Origin: a virus
DNA: 64,000 nucleotides
IMG/VR virus record: IMGVR_UViG_3300042261_002391
Span: 24,469-88,468 of that record
Reading direction: 5' to 3' (one strand)
The notes under the pieces were generated by a model, which made no database searches, was not told the origin of the DNA, and saw only the letters and a list, made by a program, of their open reading frames with translations. Positions 1-9,733 of the stretch are shown here, in pieces. Every line of letters begins with the position of its first letter. Position 1 is the first letter of the stretch. Made by a program: the position numbers and the translations under genes.

Positions 1-288
1 TTCTCTGTTTGTACCATCACACATTTCAAAAATCATGTTGACTATCGTATGTGTCATATTTCCATAATAACGATTTTCTTCAACCAATCGTTTAAACGTG
101 TTCACCCTGTTTTTTTCAATACCACTGGCTTCGCCACGGTTGTGTTCCATTCTTTTGAAAATATCAAAATTTAAAGTAGTGTATGTTCTACCAAATTCGG
201 TTACTTCGTCAATACTCTCAATAATTGGATAATAACTTTCAATTGTTACACCATTGATAACTTTTGAATAAGATTTTTTTAATTCCAT
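1..288 (-). CDS. hypothetical protein, runs off window edge (MELKKSYSKVINGV...)
   Basis: ATG at 288 just downstream of ECF-type promoter at 334-363; frame read by hand through the 5' part. Confidence 0.6.
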   Translation of the reverse strand, partial: MELKKSYSKVINGVTIESYYPIIESIDEVTEFGRTYTTLNFDIFKRMEHNRGEASGIEKNRVNTFKRLVEENRYYGNMTHTIVNMIFEMCDGTNRE

Positions 289-412
289 AATTGGTTAATT
301 TATGAATTACTAATAATGAGATTGTTTGTACTTCTTATACGTTTTTAAATAAAAATGGTTACAGATTTTAATGTTTTTATTTAAAAAAGAAAAGGGGATT
401 TCTCCCCTATCT

Positions 413-1300
413 TTATGCAGTTTCCAACAAGTATTCCAAAACTTTCGAATCGGTTTCCTGTCGTTTCTCCGGTACGGCAATGTTCCGGTTATCATCGTTC
501 AGGTACTGATTGATACCGTTATAAATCAGCCAATCATTAACTCTGCCTTTGTAACCTAAGTTAGGTATTTGTGCTTCGTGGTTGATTCTTGACATGATAT
601 CATTCAACGTATTGAAGTTCTTATTGTCAACCATAGCGATTTTGGTAGCTTCCAGAACTTCTGCTAAACGTTCAACCGGATTTTTAACCCAACTTCCACC
701 AAGTGCTTCGTATCTTGCAGTAATAGCCAGATTTATCTGAACTGCATTTTCGGCAAAGTGTTCCATCATTGCATTAAGCTTTTTAAAGCTTTGTTTAATG
801 CTGTCAGTATGTTTGCCAACAATGCAAAGATTAAATTCTTTCATTTCCTGAACCGGAACAGTTAAACCATTGGTGCAAACCAAACGGAAGTAACCAAAAG
901 TGATTTTGTATTTGGTCAAACCATTGTAAGAATGTTGAACTCTCAGCATCGGGCGAATCTTATCGTTAGTACCTTTCATCTGATAGGCATAACGGTCGTC
1001 AGTAATGGTATAATCAGCATAAAAACGGACGTTATTGATATGGCGATAAGTCACTTCGAATTTAATTCCGTTATCGTTTAATACCTTTTCAATCTCCGGA
1101 AAGATTTCTTCGTTTTTCACCAATGCATAAACAGGAGAACAATAATTTAAATCCACTTCTTCACCGTCAATAGTTCCGGTTACTACTCGTGAATATTCCT
1201 TGTTGGTTTTCCTTGGATTCTTGCGCAATTCAACAGGAAAGTAAAATCCTTCTGCTGTCACAATCTGTGCGCCTTGTTTAATCTTTTTTTCTTTTGCCAT
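413..1300 (-). CDS. DUF932/DUF945-family phage protein
   Basis: Motif HSYNG...FGYFRLVCTNGL typical of the family. Confidence 0.75.
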   Translation of the reverse strand: MAKEKKIKQGAQIVTAEGFYFPVELRKNPRKTNKEYSRVVTGTIDGEEVDLNYCSPVYALVKNEEIFPEIEKVLNDNGIKFEVTYRHINNVRFYADYTITDDRYAYQMKGTNDKIRPMLRVQHSYNGLTKYKITFGYFRLVCTNGLTVPVQEMKEFNLCIVGKHTDSIKQSFKKLNAMMEHFAENAVQINLAITARYEALGGSWVKNPVERLAEVLEATKIAMVDNKNFNTLNDIMSRINHEAQIPNLGYKGRVNDWLIYNGINQYLNDDNRNIAVPEKRQETDSKVLEYLLETA

Positions 1301-1545
1301 GATTAGCTGTATTAAGTGATTAATAATTGAACTATTTGTACTTCTTATACGTTTCTTAATTAAAAAAGGTTACACAAATATACACATTTTTTAAATAAAA
1401 ATACACTCACCAAAATATAAGGCAGGTGTGGATTACTGCACCCTAGTATTACCCAGCCTCATATAATTATTATACGTTTCTTAATTAAAAAAGGTTACAC
1501 ATTTCTGTGCAACCTCAAATGATTAACTGCTAGTACCTTTTTGCA

Positions 1546-2022
1546 TTATCCTAGCATTTCTTTCAGCTTCTGTTTCACCTTCAAATCAATCTGTTCTTCC
1601 AATGATTCATTGGTTAGTTCTTCGGCAATGTATTTCGCTGCTTTTTCTGCCTGCGTTTGAATGCTTTCTCTCAATTCGTCAATTTTCAGGTTTGATTTAA
1701 TCTCCTGTCTCAATTCTTCCATTAAGCCATACTTGGCAGTTTCAAGCAATTCTTTTCTGAGTTCTGGTTTTATCACAACAGTACTCCAAAAGCTACCGGA
1801 TTTCTTAACCTCAGTCAGCATGAATGTTTTAAGTTCATTCCTGATTTCATCAACCACATGATTGGCAGCATCTTTCATCGCATCAGTAGCAACAATTGAT
1901 TTCAAATGCTTTTTGCTGAACTCATGAACGATGTTACCACGGATTTCGACTTCAATTTCACTGTCGCCACCAATCAGCCTTTCTAAGGCTTGTAAGCTGT
2001 TAATTTGTATCTTTATGCTCAT
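1546..2022 (-). CDS. hypothetical protein (helical/coiled-coil)
   Basis: 158-aa ORF with own ECF-type promoter. Confidence 0.75.
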   Translation of the reverse strand: MSIKIQINSLQALERLIGGDSEIEVEIRGNIVHEFSKKHLKSIVATDAMKDAANHVVDEIRNELKTFMLTEVKKSGSFWSTVVIKPELRKELLETAKYGLMEELRQEIKSNLKIDELRESIQTQAEKAAKYIAEELTNESLEEQIDLKVKQKLKEMLG

Positions 2023-2090
2023 AATAATGTAATTAATTGGTTTATAGTTCTTATACGTTTTTTAATTAAAAAGGTTACAAAATTTCAAAT

Positions 2091-2423
2091 TCATTTTTCA
2101 TTGAATCCATTTAACAGTTCTTCAATCAATATATAACCAACACCTGTAAATGGTAATCCACCATCATAACTCCAATTATATTGAAGTCTTATTTGTGGTT
2201 GGTTTGTGGTTGGTTTTACCCTGAAGTTTTGAAATCTGCTGAATCCAAATATTGATTTTTTCAATATGTTGGTTACAACATCAATTTTTGATAGTTCATC
2301 AACAGAAAGATTAGATTTATTAATAGTTTCATAACCTTTATTCTGAAGTGATAAATTAGGGTAATTAGTAAAAATATCCATTAAAACATCAAATTCTTCC
2401 TTAGTAATTAAATTGATTTTCAT
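2091..2423 (-). CDS. hypothetical protein
   Basis: 110-aa ORF with own ECF-type promoter. Confidence 0.7.
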   Translation of the reverse strand: MKINLITKEEFDVLMDIFTNYPNLSLQNKGYETINKSNLSVDELSKIDVVTNILKKSIFGFSRFQNFRVKPTTNQPQIRLQYNWSYDGGLPFTGVGYILIEELLNGFNEK

Positions 2424-2544
2424 TGTGTTTGTATTTGTGGTTTGTACTTCTTATACGTTTTAAATTAAGAAAGGTTACACATTTCTGCGTAACCTTTCAA
2501 CCATTTAACCACTTAAATTAACTATTATGACAACAACAAAAGTC

Positions 2545-2874
2545 TTATTCGTCTTCTTCCATCTCATCTGGTTCTGGGTCTGGATAATCAATTTCAATTA
2601 CTCCGTCTTCAACACCTTGCCAGAAATTTTGGCTATTACCTAAAGTACCTTTAGTACCCTCCTGAAGTCTGTTCCTGCTGGGAACTATATTCCCGTAATA
2701 ATCCTGAGTATCTTCTTCAGGCAAAAAGCACGCACCAGATTCTAATAAACTCATCGCCTTCCTACCCATTGAACCTTCGAACTTCCACACCTCACCAGAT
2801 TCAATAAGATTCTGCATCTGGGTCATCCCGTGTTTGTTCTGAAGTTCTGTTATTCTTTCAAGTGTCATCTCCAT
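2545..2874 (-). CDS. hypothetical phage protein with acidic C-terminus
   Basis: 109-aa ORF. Confidence 0.75.
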   Translation of the reverse strand: MEMTLERITELQNKHGMTQMQNLIESGEVWKFEGSMGRKAMSLLESGACFLPEEDTQDYYGNIVPSRNRLQEGTKGTLGNSQNFWQGVEDGVIEIDYPDPEPDEMEEDE

Positions 2875-2902
2875 TGCCGTCAGTTTTATTGGTTTGTATT
2901 GA

Positions 2903-2989
2903 TAGCATTGGTACTGACCACCAGTCCAGTACTTTAGGGCTTCCCTTATTGCGAAGGGACGTTGCTGGATTTCACAACTTTCAATGCTA
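2903..2989 (-). ncRNA. candidate structured RNA (four-way junction) directly after an ECF promoter
   Basis: Closing stem TAGCATTG/CAATGCTA enclosing three GC-rich hairpins. Confidence 0.45.
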
Positions 2990-3026
2990 ATTTCTTATAC
3001 GTTTGAGCTGGGAAAAGGTTACAAAT

Positions 3027-3500
3027 TTAATGACGATTATCAATCAAATATCTACCCGCCTTAATATGACCATCTTCAAACAAGCATTTGAATACATGAT
3101 GAATGCAATACATTGGGTACTTTCCGGCACGAATCTTTTCACATTCGCCAAAGTCCATTGTTATTTTTGCGTCATGTTCACTAATCTCGTATTTGTATAA
3201 AGCATTATTAGCTTCTTCAATTGCTTCAAACTCAAAGCTACCACCATAATGCTTTTCAACCAGACGATTAAATTCATCAGCATCCATTTCAATTAACTCT
3301 GGTTTGGCTGGCTCTTCCTCGAATAATACATTGAAAGGATTTTCTTCTGTACATTCAATAACAACATCAACTGGTCTGGCAATTCTTCTTATATCCAATC
3401 CCCAATAAATGCCTTTCCGTATAGCATTAATTACTTCATCAGTTTCTTTATGGGTTTGAATTCCAACCTCAACATTAATTTTCACTTCTCTTGTTTCCAT
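3027..3500 (-). CDS. hypothetical protein (start moved to METREVK)
   Basis: ECF promoter at 3528-3556 lies inside the longer ORF-track call, so ATG 3500 is the likely start. Confidence 0.7.
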   Translation of the reverse strand: METREVKINVEVGIQTHKETDEVINAIRKGIYWGLDIRRIARPVDVVIECTEENPFNVLFEEEPAKPELIEMDADEFNRLVEKHYGGSFEFEAIEEANNALYKYEISEHDAKITMDFGECEKIRAGKYPMYCIHHVFKCLFEDGHIKAGRYLIDNRH

Positions 3501-3764
3501 AACAGTATTGTTTATTGGTTTGTACTTCTTATACGTTCTTAAATAAAAAAGGTTACCGAAATATATTTTAATAATGTAGGTATTTATATAATATTTAGCT
3601 ACATTTGTAGCAGTGTTTATTGTGACGCACATAGTGATTCTCGAATAGACGAGAAATAATGGAGAATATCTCACTCACTAAGATATGTTATTTATAGCAT
3701 AATCACACAAAAAAGTTGCCCCTACTAGTAAAAGCAACATTAAATTTGTAAGTTCAGGTGTACA

Positions 3765-4163
3765 TTACCCATAGACAAGTTCGTCGAACAATGCGTATTG
3801 TACAATGCTGTCAGCATCTCCGGCATCGTGATTATCAATCAATTCGGCAGGGTCAGTACATCTATCTTCGCAGAACATTTTAATGCCTTTAAGCATAGAA
3901 TCTCTAGTCAGTTTCCATTTGTCTGACGATTCAGCATCATGCAATGTCAACGAGCCACCGTAACCAATTACGTCTGATGCATAGTTTACTTTTTCTTGGT
4001 CTTCATCGCTTACACCAATGATTTTACCATCCCTGTCTTTATTGATTACAGCTTTCCCACACCAATAGTTGATACCACCTTCAAGTGCAGTTACAACTAA
4101 GTCGTTAATGTCTTGAGTGCTGAACTCATGTGATAAGGTAATCTCTACTTTAAACTTGTCCAT
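3765..4163 (-). CDS. conserved-looking hypothetical phage protein (ALEGGINYW...DADSIVQYALF)
   Basis: 132-aa ORF with own promoter. Confidence 0.75.
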   Translation of the reverse strand: MDKFKVEITLSHEFSTQDINDLVVTALEGGINYWCGKAVINKDRDGKIIGVSDEDQEKVNYASDVIGYGGSLTLHDAESSDKWKLTRDSMLKGIKMFCEDRCTDPAELIDNHDAGDADSIVQYALFDELVYG

Positions 4164-4215
4164 GATAGTATGTTTTAAATGGTTATACTTCTTATACGTT
4201 CTTAATTAAAAAAGG

Positions 4216-4479
4216 TTACAGCTCAATTACACTATTTAGTACATTAACAGCATTCGAAATGCCATCCTTACCTATGAAGAATAGGTAATCGTAAGATGTT
4301 GAACCTAATCTCATTCCATCATTATCATACCAATAGTTATATCCTTTGTTATATTCCTTTTTATCGCCTTTAGCATCATAATAAAAAGAACTTGAACTTG
4401 TTTTGGTCTGGTATTTTCCATCAGTAGTTTGATATGACTTACCTACAATCTTAATATCTTCTTTACTGTACATTGCCAT
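4216..4479 (-). CDS. hypothetical protein
   Basis: 87-aa ORF with own promoter. Confidence 0.65.
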   Translation of the reverse strand: MAMYSKEDIKIVGKSYQTTDGKYQTKTSSSSFYYDAKGDKKEYNKGYNYWYDNDGMRLGSTSYDYLFFIGKDGISNAVNVLNSVIEL

Positions 4480-4652
4480 ATGTGTATTGGTTATACTTCT
4501 TATACGTTCTTAATTAAAAAAGGTTACAAACGTACAATAAAAAAGGCGTACATTGCTGCACGCCTTTTCATTAAACAATGTCACAAATAAAAAGAACAAA
4601 ACAAAATCGATATCTTATACGTTTAATCTTTAAAAAGGTTACAATTATTATG

Positions 4653-4727
4653 AGCATGGAGTGGGATTCGAACCCACGACTTTACAGTTTTGCAGACTGT
4701 TGCCTTTGACCACTCGACCATCCATGC
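4653..4727 (-). tRNA. tRNA-Cys(GCA), copy 1
   Basis: Cloverleaf GCATGGA/TCCATGC, loop CTGCAAA, U73. Confidence 0.95.
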
Positions 4728-4763
4728 ATTATCTTATACGTTTTTAATTAAAAAAGGTTACAA

Positions 4764-5024
4764 TTATCCGGCACAACTTTTATACGCTAAGTGAAACACA
4801 TCAAACTTCTTTTTAATAACGTACAACTCATAAAAACTATCTGTTTTAGGCTGTACATTATCTACATGAATAATTTTAAATCTGGGTTCATCCGGATAAG
4901 TATGTTCTTCAATCGTTTCATGCTTGGCAAAGTATTCATTCAATGATGCAACCAGCCATTTATGAAACTCTAGTCCTAAATTCTGTTTAATCTTATTCTG
5001 ATTCCTTAATGCGTACCTTGCCAT
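4764..5024 (-). CDS. hypothetical protein
   Basis: 86-aa ORF. Confidence 0.7.
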   Translation of the reverse strand: MARYALRNQNKIKQNLGLEFHKWLVASLNEYFAKHETIEEHTYPDEPRFKIIHVDNVQPKTDSFYELYVIKKKFDVFHLAYKSCAG

Positions 5025-5029
5025 CAGTT

Positions 5030-5287
5030 TTAATTTAAGAGTTTACGACTTCTTTTTGATACCAGCTTTAACTCATAACCAATACCAATCAATTCAGCTT
5101 TTAATTCGTTTATTTCGGCTTCTGTTGGCTTCTTGCTGTTCTTCACAACATAATCATAGTCACAAGTACTGTGCTGTCCTACGTGTGCATAACAACAAAC
5201 ATCTCCGTTTTGATTTTCAACTTCATAAGGGAATATTGCTAGTACTTCTCCTTTGAACTTCCTGAACATTACTCTTATTAGTTTCAT
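5030..5287 (-). CDS. hypothetical phage protein (CYAHVGQHS motif)
   Basis: 85-aa ORF. Confidence 0.75.
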   Translation of the reverse strand: MKLIRVMFRKFKGEVLAIFPYEVENQNGDVCCYAHVGQHSTCDYDYVVKNSKKPTEAEINELKAELIGIGYELKLVSKRSRKLLN

Positions 5288-5353
5288 AACAGTAAGATAT
5301 AAGCTTGTATTTCTTCTACGTTTTTAATTAAAAAAGGTTACAAATGAGTATGC

Positions 5354-5944
5354 TTAAATTGCATACTCATTTTTCAGGCTTTCAAGTTCTGATTGAAGCA
5401 TTTCCCGACACCGGAATACCATTCCTTTAACTGTGCCTAATGGAACTTCGCAAAGTTCAGCTATTTCGTTATATTCCATTTCCTTAATGAAAAACAGTTC
5501 AGCAATACGCTGATATTTTGGTTTCAAACGACTGATAGCAGAATTAATCGTATTCATTGATTCATTGCTTTCAATCGTTTCCTGAACATCGTTACTTGCT
5601 TCAAATTGAAACAGTTCGTTTCCATCTTCGTCAACATAACCGTCAACGTTGATATTCTTACCAAACTTTGCATTTTTGGTTCTCCAATAGTCAATTACCC
5701 TATTGTTTGCAATGCTGTAAAGCCATGTAGTGAAAGCATTTTTGCTATCATATTGGCTGATAAAACGCTGAACTTTCATAAAGGTATCAGCAGTTAAATC
5801 TTCGGCTGTCATTTCGTCTTTCACCTTACCATTGATGAAGAACTTAACCTGATTGTAAAACTCATTGTAAACTCCGGTAATGTTTCCGGTTGAAACAGCT
5901 AACTGAATTGCTTGTTCTTTTGTCTTTGTCATTGTAGTTGCCAT
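5354..5944 (-). CDS. RNA polymerase sigma-70 factor, ECF subfamily
   Basis: Region 2 AEDLTADTF...FTTWLYSIANNRVIDYWR and region 4 YNEIAELCEVPLGTVKGMVFR. Confidence 0.95.
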   Translation of the reverse strand: MATTMTKTKEQAIQLAVSTGNITGVYNEFYNQVKFFINGKVKDEMTAEDLTADTFMKVQRFISQYDSKNAFTTWLYSIANNRVIDYWRTKNAKFGKNINVDGYVDEDGNELFQFEASNDVQETIESNESMNTINSAISRLKPKYQRIAELFFIKEMEYNEIAELCEVPLGTVKGMVFRCREMLQSELESLKNEYAI

Positions 5945-5987
5945 TGTTGTAAGTATTAAGGTTAAACGTTTGTTCTGAATTGTTTAG

Positions 5988-6019
5988 CAAAGTAAGCGAT
6001 TATAAATTTACTGTGCAAA
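5988..6019 (-). promoter_or_regulatory. Bacteroidota housekeeping-sigma-type (early) promoter of the ECF sigma gene
   Basis: TTTG-N20-TTACTTTG on the minus strand; similar elements precede 6783 (TAACTTTG), 8516 and 9077. Confidence 0.7.
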
Positions 6020-6782
6020 TTTTTTAATACTTTTTTTAATTAAAATTGTAACATTTTTTTTCGGACAATGATTATCAGATACTTAACTCGTACAATCTTT
6101 GCTTTATAATACCGTACAATGTTGAACTATACCGTACAATGTGACAAACATTAGTACATTGAACATTCTACATTCTATGTTAATTATCTTTTTTTTTATG
6201 CTGTTGATATATTCATGTTGCTATCATATTGTTGATAGCTAAGTAAAACTATTGTCCTTAATCAAACATAAATCTATTATTAATACACTTTAATATTTGC
6301 CGGATATTGCCGGATAGTTAATAATACTGTTCTGATTATATTGATAATAAACAAATTTGTTTATTTCTTCTCTGCCGGATATTGCCGGATAGATTAATAT
6401 TTGTTTTGTTATCATAATATTCTGAGGTTTGTTTTTAATTGTTTTTGTAGTTTCATATATAAAGTATATATACTTTATATATGCCGGATGATATAAACAT
6501 AATAATCCGGCATGGTTCTCCGGCTTCCGGCATCATGTATGGTATCATGTATGGCGCATACGTGTGTGTCTGCGCATCACTCGCTTACGCTCGTGTATTA
6601 CGCATACGTGAAGAAATCTTCCTTGACAAAATACTAATCCTCCGGATATATCCTAATTTCTATTGATGTTTTTTAACACATTGCCCTTATCTAAAATCAT
6701 TCTAAATAAGGCTTAGATGTTTTTTAATTAAAAACTATTCACTAACTTTGTCACATCGTTTAATCTTTAAAACCTCAATACT

Positions 6783-8330
6783 ATGGCAATTATTGTTAAA
6801 AAAGCAAATCAGCAAAATGTAGCTATTAGCGAACCAATTAAACCCGCTTTCATCCCTAGTGTTTATCAACAGCGTGTTTATGATTTCATTACCTCCGGTA
6901 ATGGGAATGCTGTGATTGATGCTGTTGCTGGCTCAGGCAAAAGTACGACAATTGTTAATGCTTTGCGCCTTATTCCCTCTGATAAATCAGTTTTATTCTT
7001 AGCTTTTAACAAATCAATTGTTGATGAATTGAAGTTGAAAATCAGTAACTCAAAAATTGATATTCAAACCTTGCATTCACTTGGTATGCAAACAATTAAA
7101 GATACTTTAAGGTTTGTTAATGTTGACGCTTCAAAGTATAAAATCTATGTTAAAGACTCCCTGAAATACGGCTATATCAAACCAACCGTAAAACTCGAAG
7201 AAGAAGAAATGGGCGAATATACCCAAAATATCAATAAGTTAGTTGATTTGATTCGTGTTTATTTGGCTTCCGATATCAATTTAGTTTATGATATCGCTGA
7301 TAAGTATCAGATTAATATTATTGATAATGAAGCTGATGTTGCTTTAAATGCTGTTAATTGGGGTATCAGCAATACCAAAAGTATTGATTTTACCGATATG
7401 ATTTTTCTGCCGAACGTGAAAAACTACCGGACTAAAAAATATGATTTCGTGTTTATTGATGAGTGTCAAGACCTGAACACAGCGCAAAGGGAATTATTTC
7501 TGCAATGCCTGAATGATAACGGTCGTTTTATTGCCGTAGGTGACCCAAGACAAGCGATTTATGGCTTTGCCGGAGCAGATGTAGAAAGCTTCAAAATATT
7601 GGCTAATTTGCCTAATACTATCAATTTGCCTTTATCAATCTCCTATCGTTGTGACTCTGATATCATTAACCTTGCCAAAACTATTGTTCCTCAAATTGAA
7701 TCTAGACCGAATGCACTTGCCGGAACAGTTGACCGGAATGCGCATTTAATTGATATTCAGGACGGTGACATGATTCTTTGCCGGAATACCGCTCCTTTAG
7801 TTGACCTTTGCATGAAATTTATTGCTGACAATACCAAAGCCTATGTAAAAGGCAAGGATATAGGCGCAAACCTAATCAATATTATCAAACGTACCAATAA
7901 AAAGCTAATGAAAGACGTTTTTGAACGTTTAAACAAAGAATTATATAAGATTGGCTGCAAAGTATGTAACAAGCAAAAATGCGATTTTAAGGAAGCTAAA
8001 AGCGATTCTCTTTATACTTCTATGAAAGATAAGATTGAAGCAATTGAAGTGCTTTCAAATAGCCTTGAAACAGCAAACGAAGTAATTGAAAGAATTGAAT
8101 TAATTTTCAAGGATGAAGATAGAACCGGAATTTGTTTATCTACTATTCACAAAGCTAAAGGATTGGAAAGTAATAATGTTTACATAATCTGCGAAGAGTT
8201 ATTCTTTCCTAAACGTGCTATGAAAGTAGCTTGGCAAGCTGAACAGGAATATAACATCGTTTATGTAGCTTATACACGTGCAAAGCATAAACTAGGATTT
8301 GTTATCGACTACGTTTATAAACGTGATTAA
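6783..8330 (+). CDS. UvrD/Rep-like superfamily 1 helicase
   Basis: AVAGSGKS, DECQD, VGDPRQAIYGF, STIHKAKGLE, YVAYTRAK motifs. Confidence 0.95.
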   Translation: MAIIVKKANQQNVAISEPIKPAFIPSVYQQRVYDFITSGNGNAVIDAVAGSGKSTTIVNALRLIPSDKSVLFLAFNKSIVDELKLKISNSKIDIQTLHSLGMQTIKDTLRFVNVDASKYKIYVKDSLKYGYIKPTVKLEEEEMGEYTQNINKLVDLIRVYLASDINLVYDIADKYQINIIDNEADVALNAVNWGISNTKSIDFTDMIFLPNVKNYRTKKYDFVFIDECQDLNTAQRELFLQCLNDNGRFIAVGDPRQAIYGFAGADVESFKILANLPNTINLPLSISYRCDSDIINLAKTIVPQIESRPNALAGTVDRNAHLIDIQDGDMILCRNTAPLVDLCMKFIADNTKAYVKGKDIGANLINIIKRTNKKLMKDVFERLNKELYKIGCKVCNKQKCDFKEAKSDSLYTSMKDKIEAIEVLSNSLETANEVIERIELIFKDEDRTGICLSTIHKAKGLESNNVYIICEELFFPKRAMKVAWQAEQEYNIVYVAYTRAKHKLGFVIDYVYKRD

Positions 8331-8348
8331 ACAGGCTAAAAACAAGCT

Positions 8349-8380
8349 AAAAAAGGCAGTCAAATATTGATTGCCTTTTT
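8349..8380 (+). terminator. intrinsic terminator
   Basis: AAAAAGGCAGTCAA/TTGATTGCCTTTTT hairpin; similar ones at ~8796-8827, 9748-9777, 11093-11124. Confidence 0.8.
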
Positions 8381-8515
8381 GCTTTGTGTACATTGCACAC
8401 GTACATACGGGAAACTATTTTTAATTAAAAAAGTTTGTCTACCTATTGCACAATTCAAAACTATTTACTTACTTTGTGCCGTTATTCAATCATTAATCTT
8501 TAATTCTTTGACACT

Positions 8516-8782
8516 ATGAACACTCAAGCAACAACAAATCAGACAGTTAGAAGTTTATCAACTATCGCTCGTGAAATCCGTCAGGATTGGGGTGCAAAAG
8601 TTTATTTTGGTGCTAAACCCTATCTTCAGGCAATGGGAACACTTGACAAAATATCTGATAACTATTATCAGGACTCAGGCAAAAGTATCGTTTTATACTT
8701 TCTCGCAAATGCCGGAACTTGGAGAGGCGAAACAGCCAAACGTATTAAGGCAGAACTCAAAAAAATGGCAGGCATCAAATAA
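8516..8782 (+). CDS. conserved-looking small phage protein (IAREIRQDW...FGAKPYL)
   Basis: 88-aa ORF with early promoter and terminator. Confidence 0.8.
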   Translation: MNTQATTNQTVRSLSTIAREIRQDWGAKVYFGAKPYLQAMGTLDKISDNYYQDSGKSIVLYFLANAGTWRGETAKRIKAELKKMAGIK

Positions 8783-9076
8783 GACCTGACCGGGCAAAAA
8801 AGCTATCAATACCTGATAGCTTTTTTTATTTCCAGATTCCTTATCTGGAATCAGTCTAAATAAAAATAACATCCTCTGGCGCATATGCGCATACCTATGC
8901 ACACGTGAATAACATTTTTTTTCAATTATCCAAACTTTAATGCAATTATTTTCACCCTGAAAAAAAAATCATTTTTAATTAAAAAAAGTTAGCTAAAAGT
9001 TTTTTTATTCAAAACTAATTCCGATATTTGCATAGAGTTATTTAACCAAATTTTTTAACCGTTTAAATTTAACAAC

Positions 9077-9733
9077 ATGAAAAACATTGCTTTAACAATC
9101 GAAATTACTTTGAAAGTGTTAATTGAATTAGTTATGGGTAAATTAACTACCTTTAAAGCCTTGAAAATCAGTACTAAATTCTCTGATATTATTGAAAGTG
9201 TTGCCCGACCTACTTTTGTAGGCATAAACAGCTATCTTTCAAGTACTTCCGGCGAACTTGCAAACCATGTAATTCTTTGCAATTTCAGCTATAAAAATGC
9301 TGTTTTGCGTGACTTGTCAAAACTGCAAAATTCGACAATTGCCGACGTTGAAGCAATTGCAAAAAACTGTTCTATGCCTATTGAATTAGTGAATGAAGCT
9401 ATTGAAAAGCTAAAAAATAGCTTTATTAACAACATGAATAAAGAAACAGCAAGCAATCAAAGCCTAGCCCAAAAAGATACTTTTACTGTTATTTCCGAAG
9501 CTGTTAAAGTTCACAACGAAACCAAACAGATTTATATCTATGGTTTGGCAATCAGCAAAAAAGTAATTGAAAAAGGCGAATATAAAACAGTTAACAGCAG
9601 ACCGTTAACAGTCGCACAGAATGAAGTTAAAAAGTACTTCAACTTCTCTTCTGATAAGTATCGCCAATTTATTGTTAACTCTGAAAATTTGAGTAGTGTT
9701 AAAATAAACGGTCAGGAATTAGAACTATGTTAA
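9077..9733 (+). CDS. hypothetical protein
   Basis: 218-aa ORF with early promoter and terminator. Confidence 0.8.
   Translation: MKNIALTIEITLKVLIELVMGKLTTFKALKISTKFSDIIESVARPTFVGINSYLSSTSGELANHVILCNFSYKNAVLRDLSKLQNSTIADVEAIAKNCSMPIELVNEAIEKLKNSFINNMNKETASNQSLAQKDTFTVISEAVKVHNETKQIYIYGLAISKKVIEKGEYKTVNSRPLTVAQNEVKKYFNFSSDKYRQFIVNSENLSSVKINGQELELC

Larger units (their letters stand above)
334..5342 (-). promoter_or_regulatory. series of 12 ECF-sigma-type promoters, consensus TGTAACC-N15/16-CGTATAAG
   Basis: Near-identical motif (plus strand cttatacgtt...aaaaaggttac) at ~334, 1343, 1469, 2050, 2450, 2994, 3528, 4190, 4499, 4614, 4733, 5313; AAC(-35)/CGT(-10) is the ECF promoter signature. Confidence 0.85.

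Noticed and set aside
334-5342. CRISPR array or iterons from the recurring ~30-bp repeat
   Set aside because: Spacing is gene-sized and irregular, copies sit just upstream of starts, and conservation is bipartite like a promoter.
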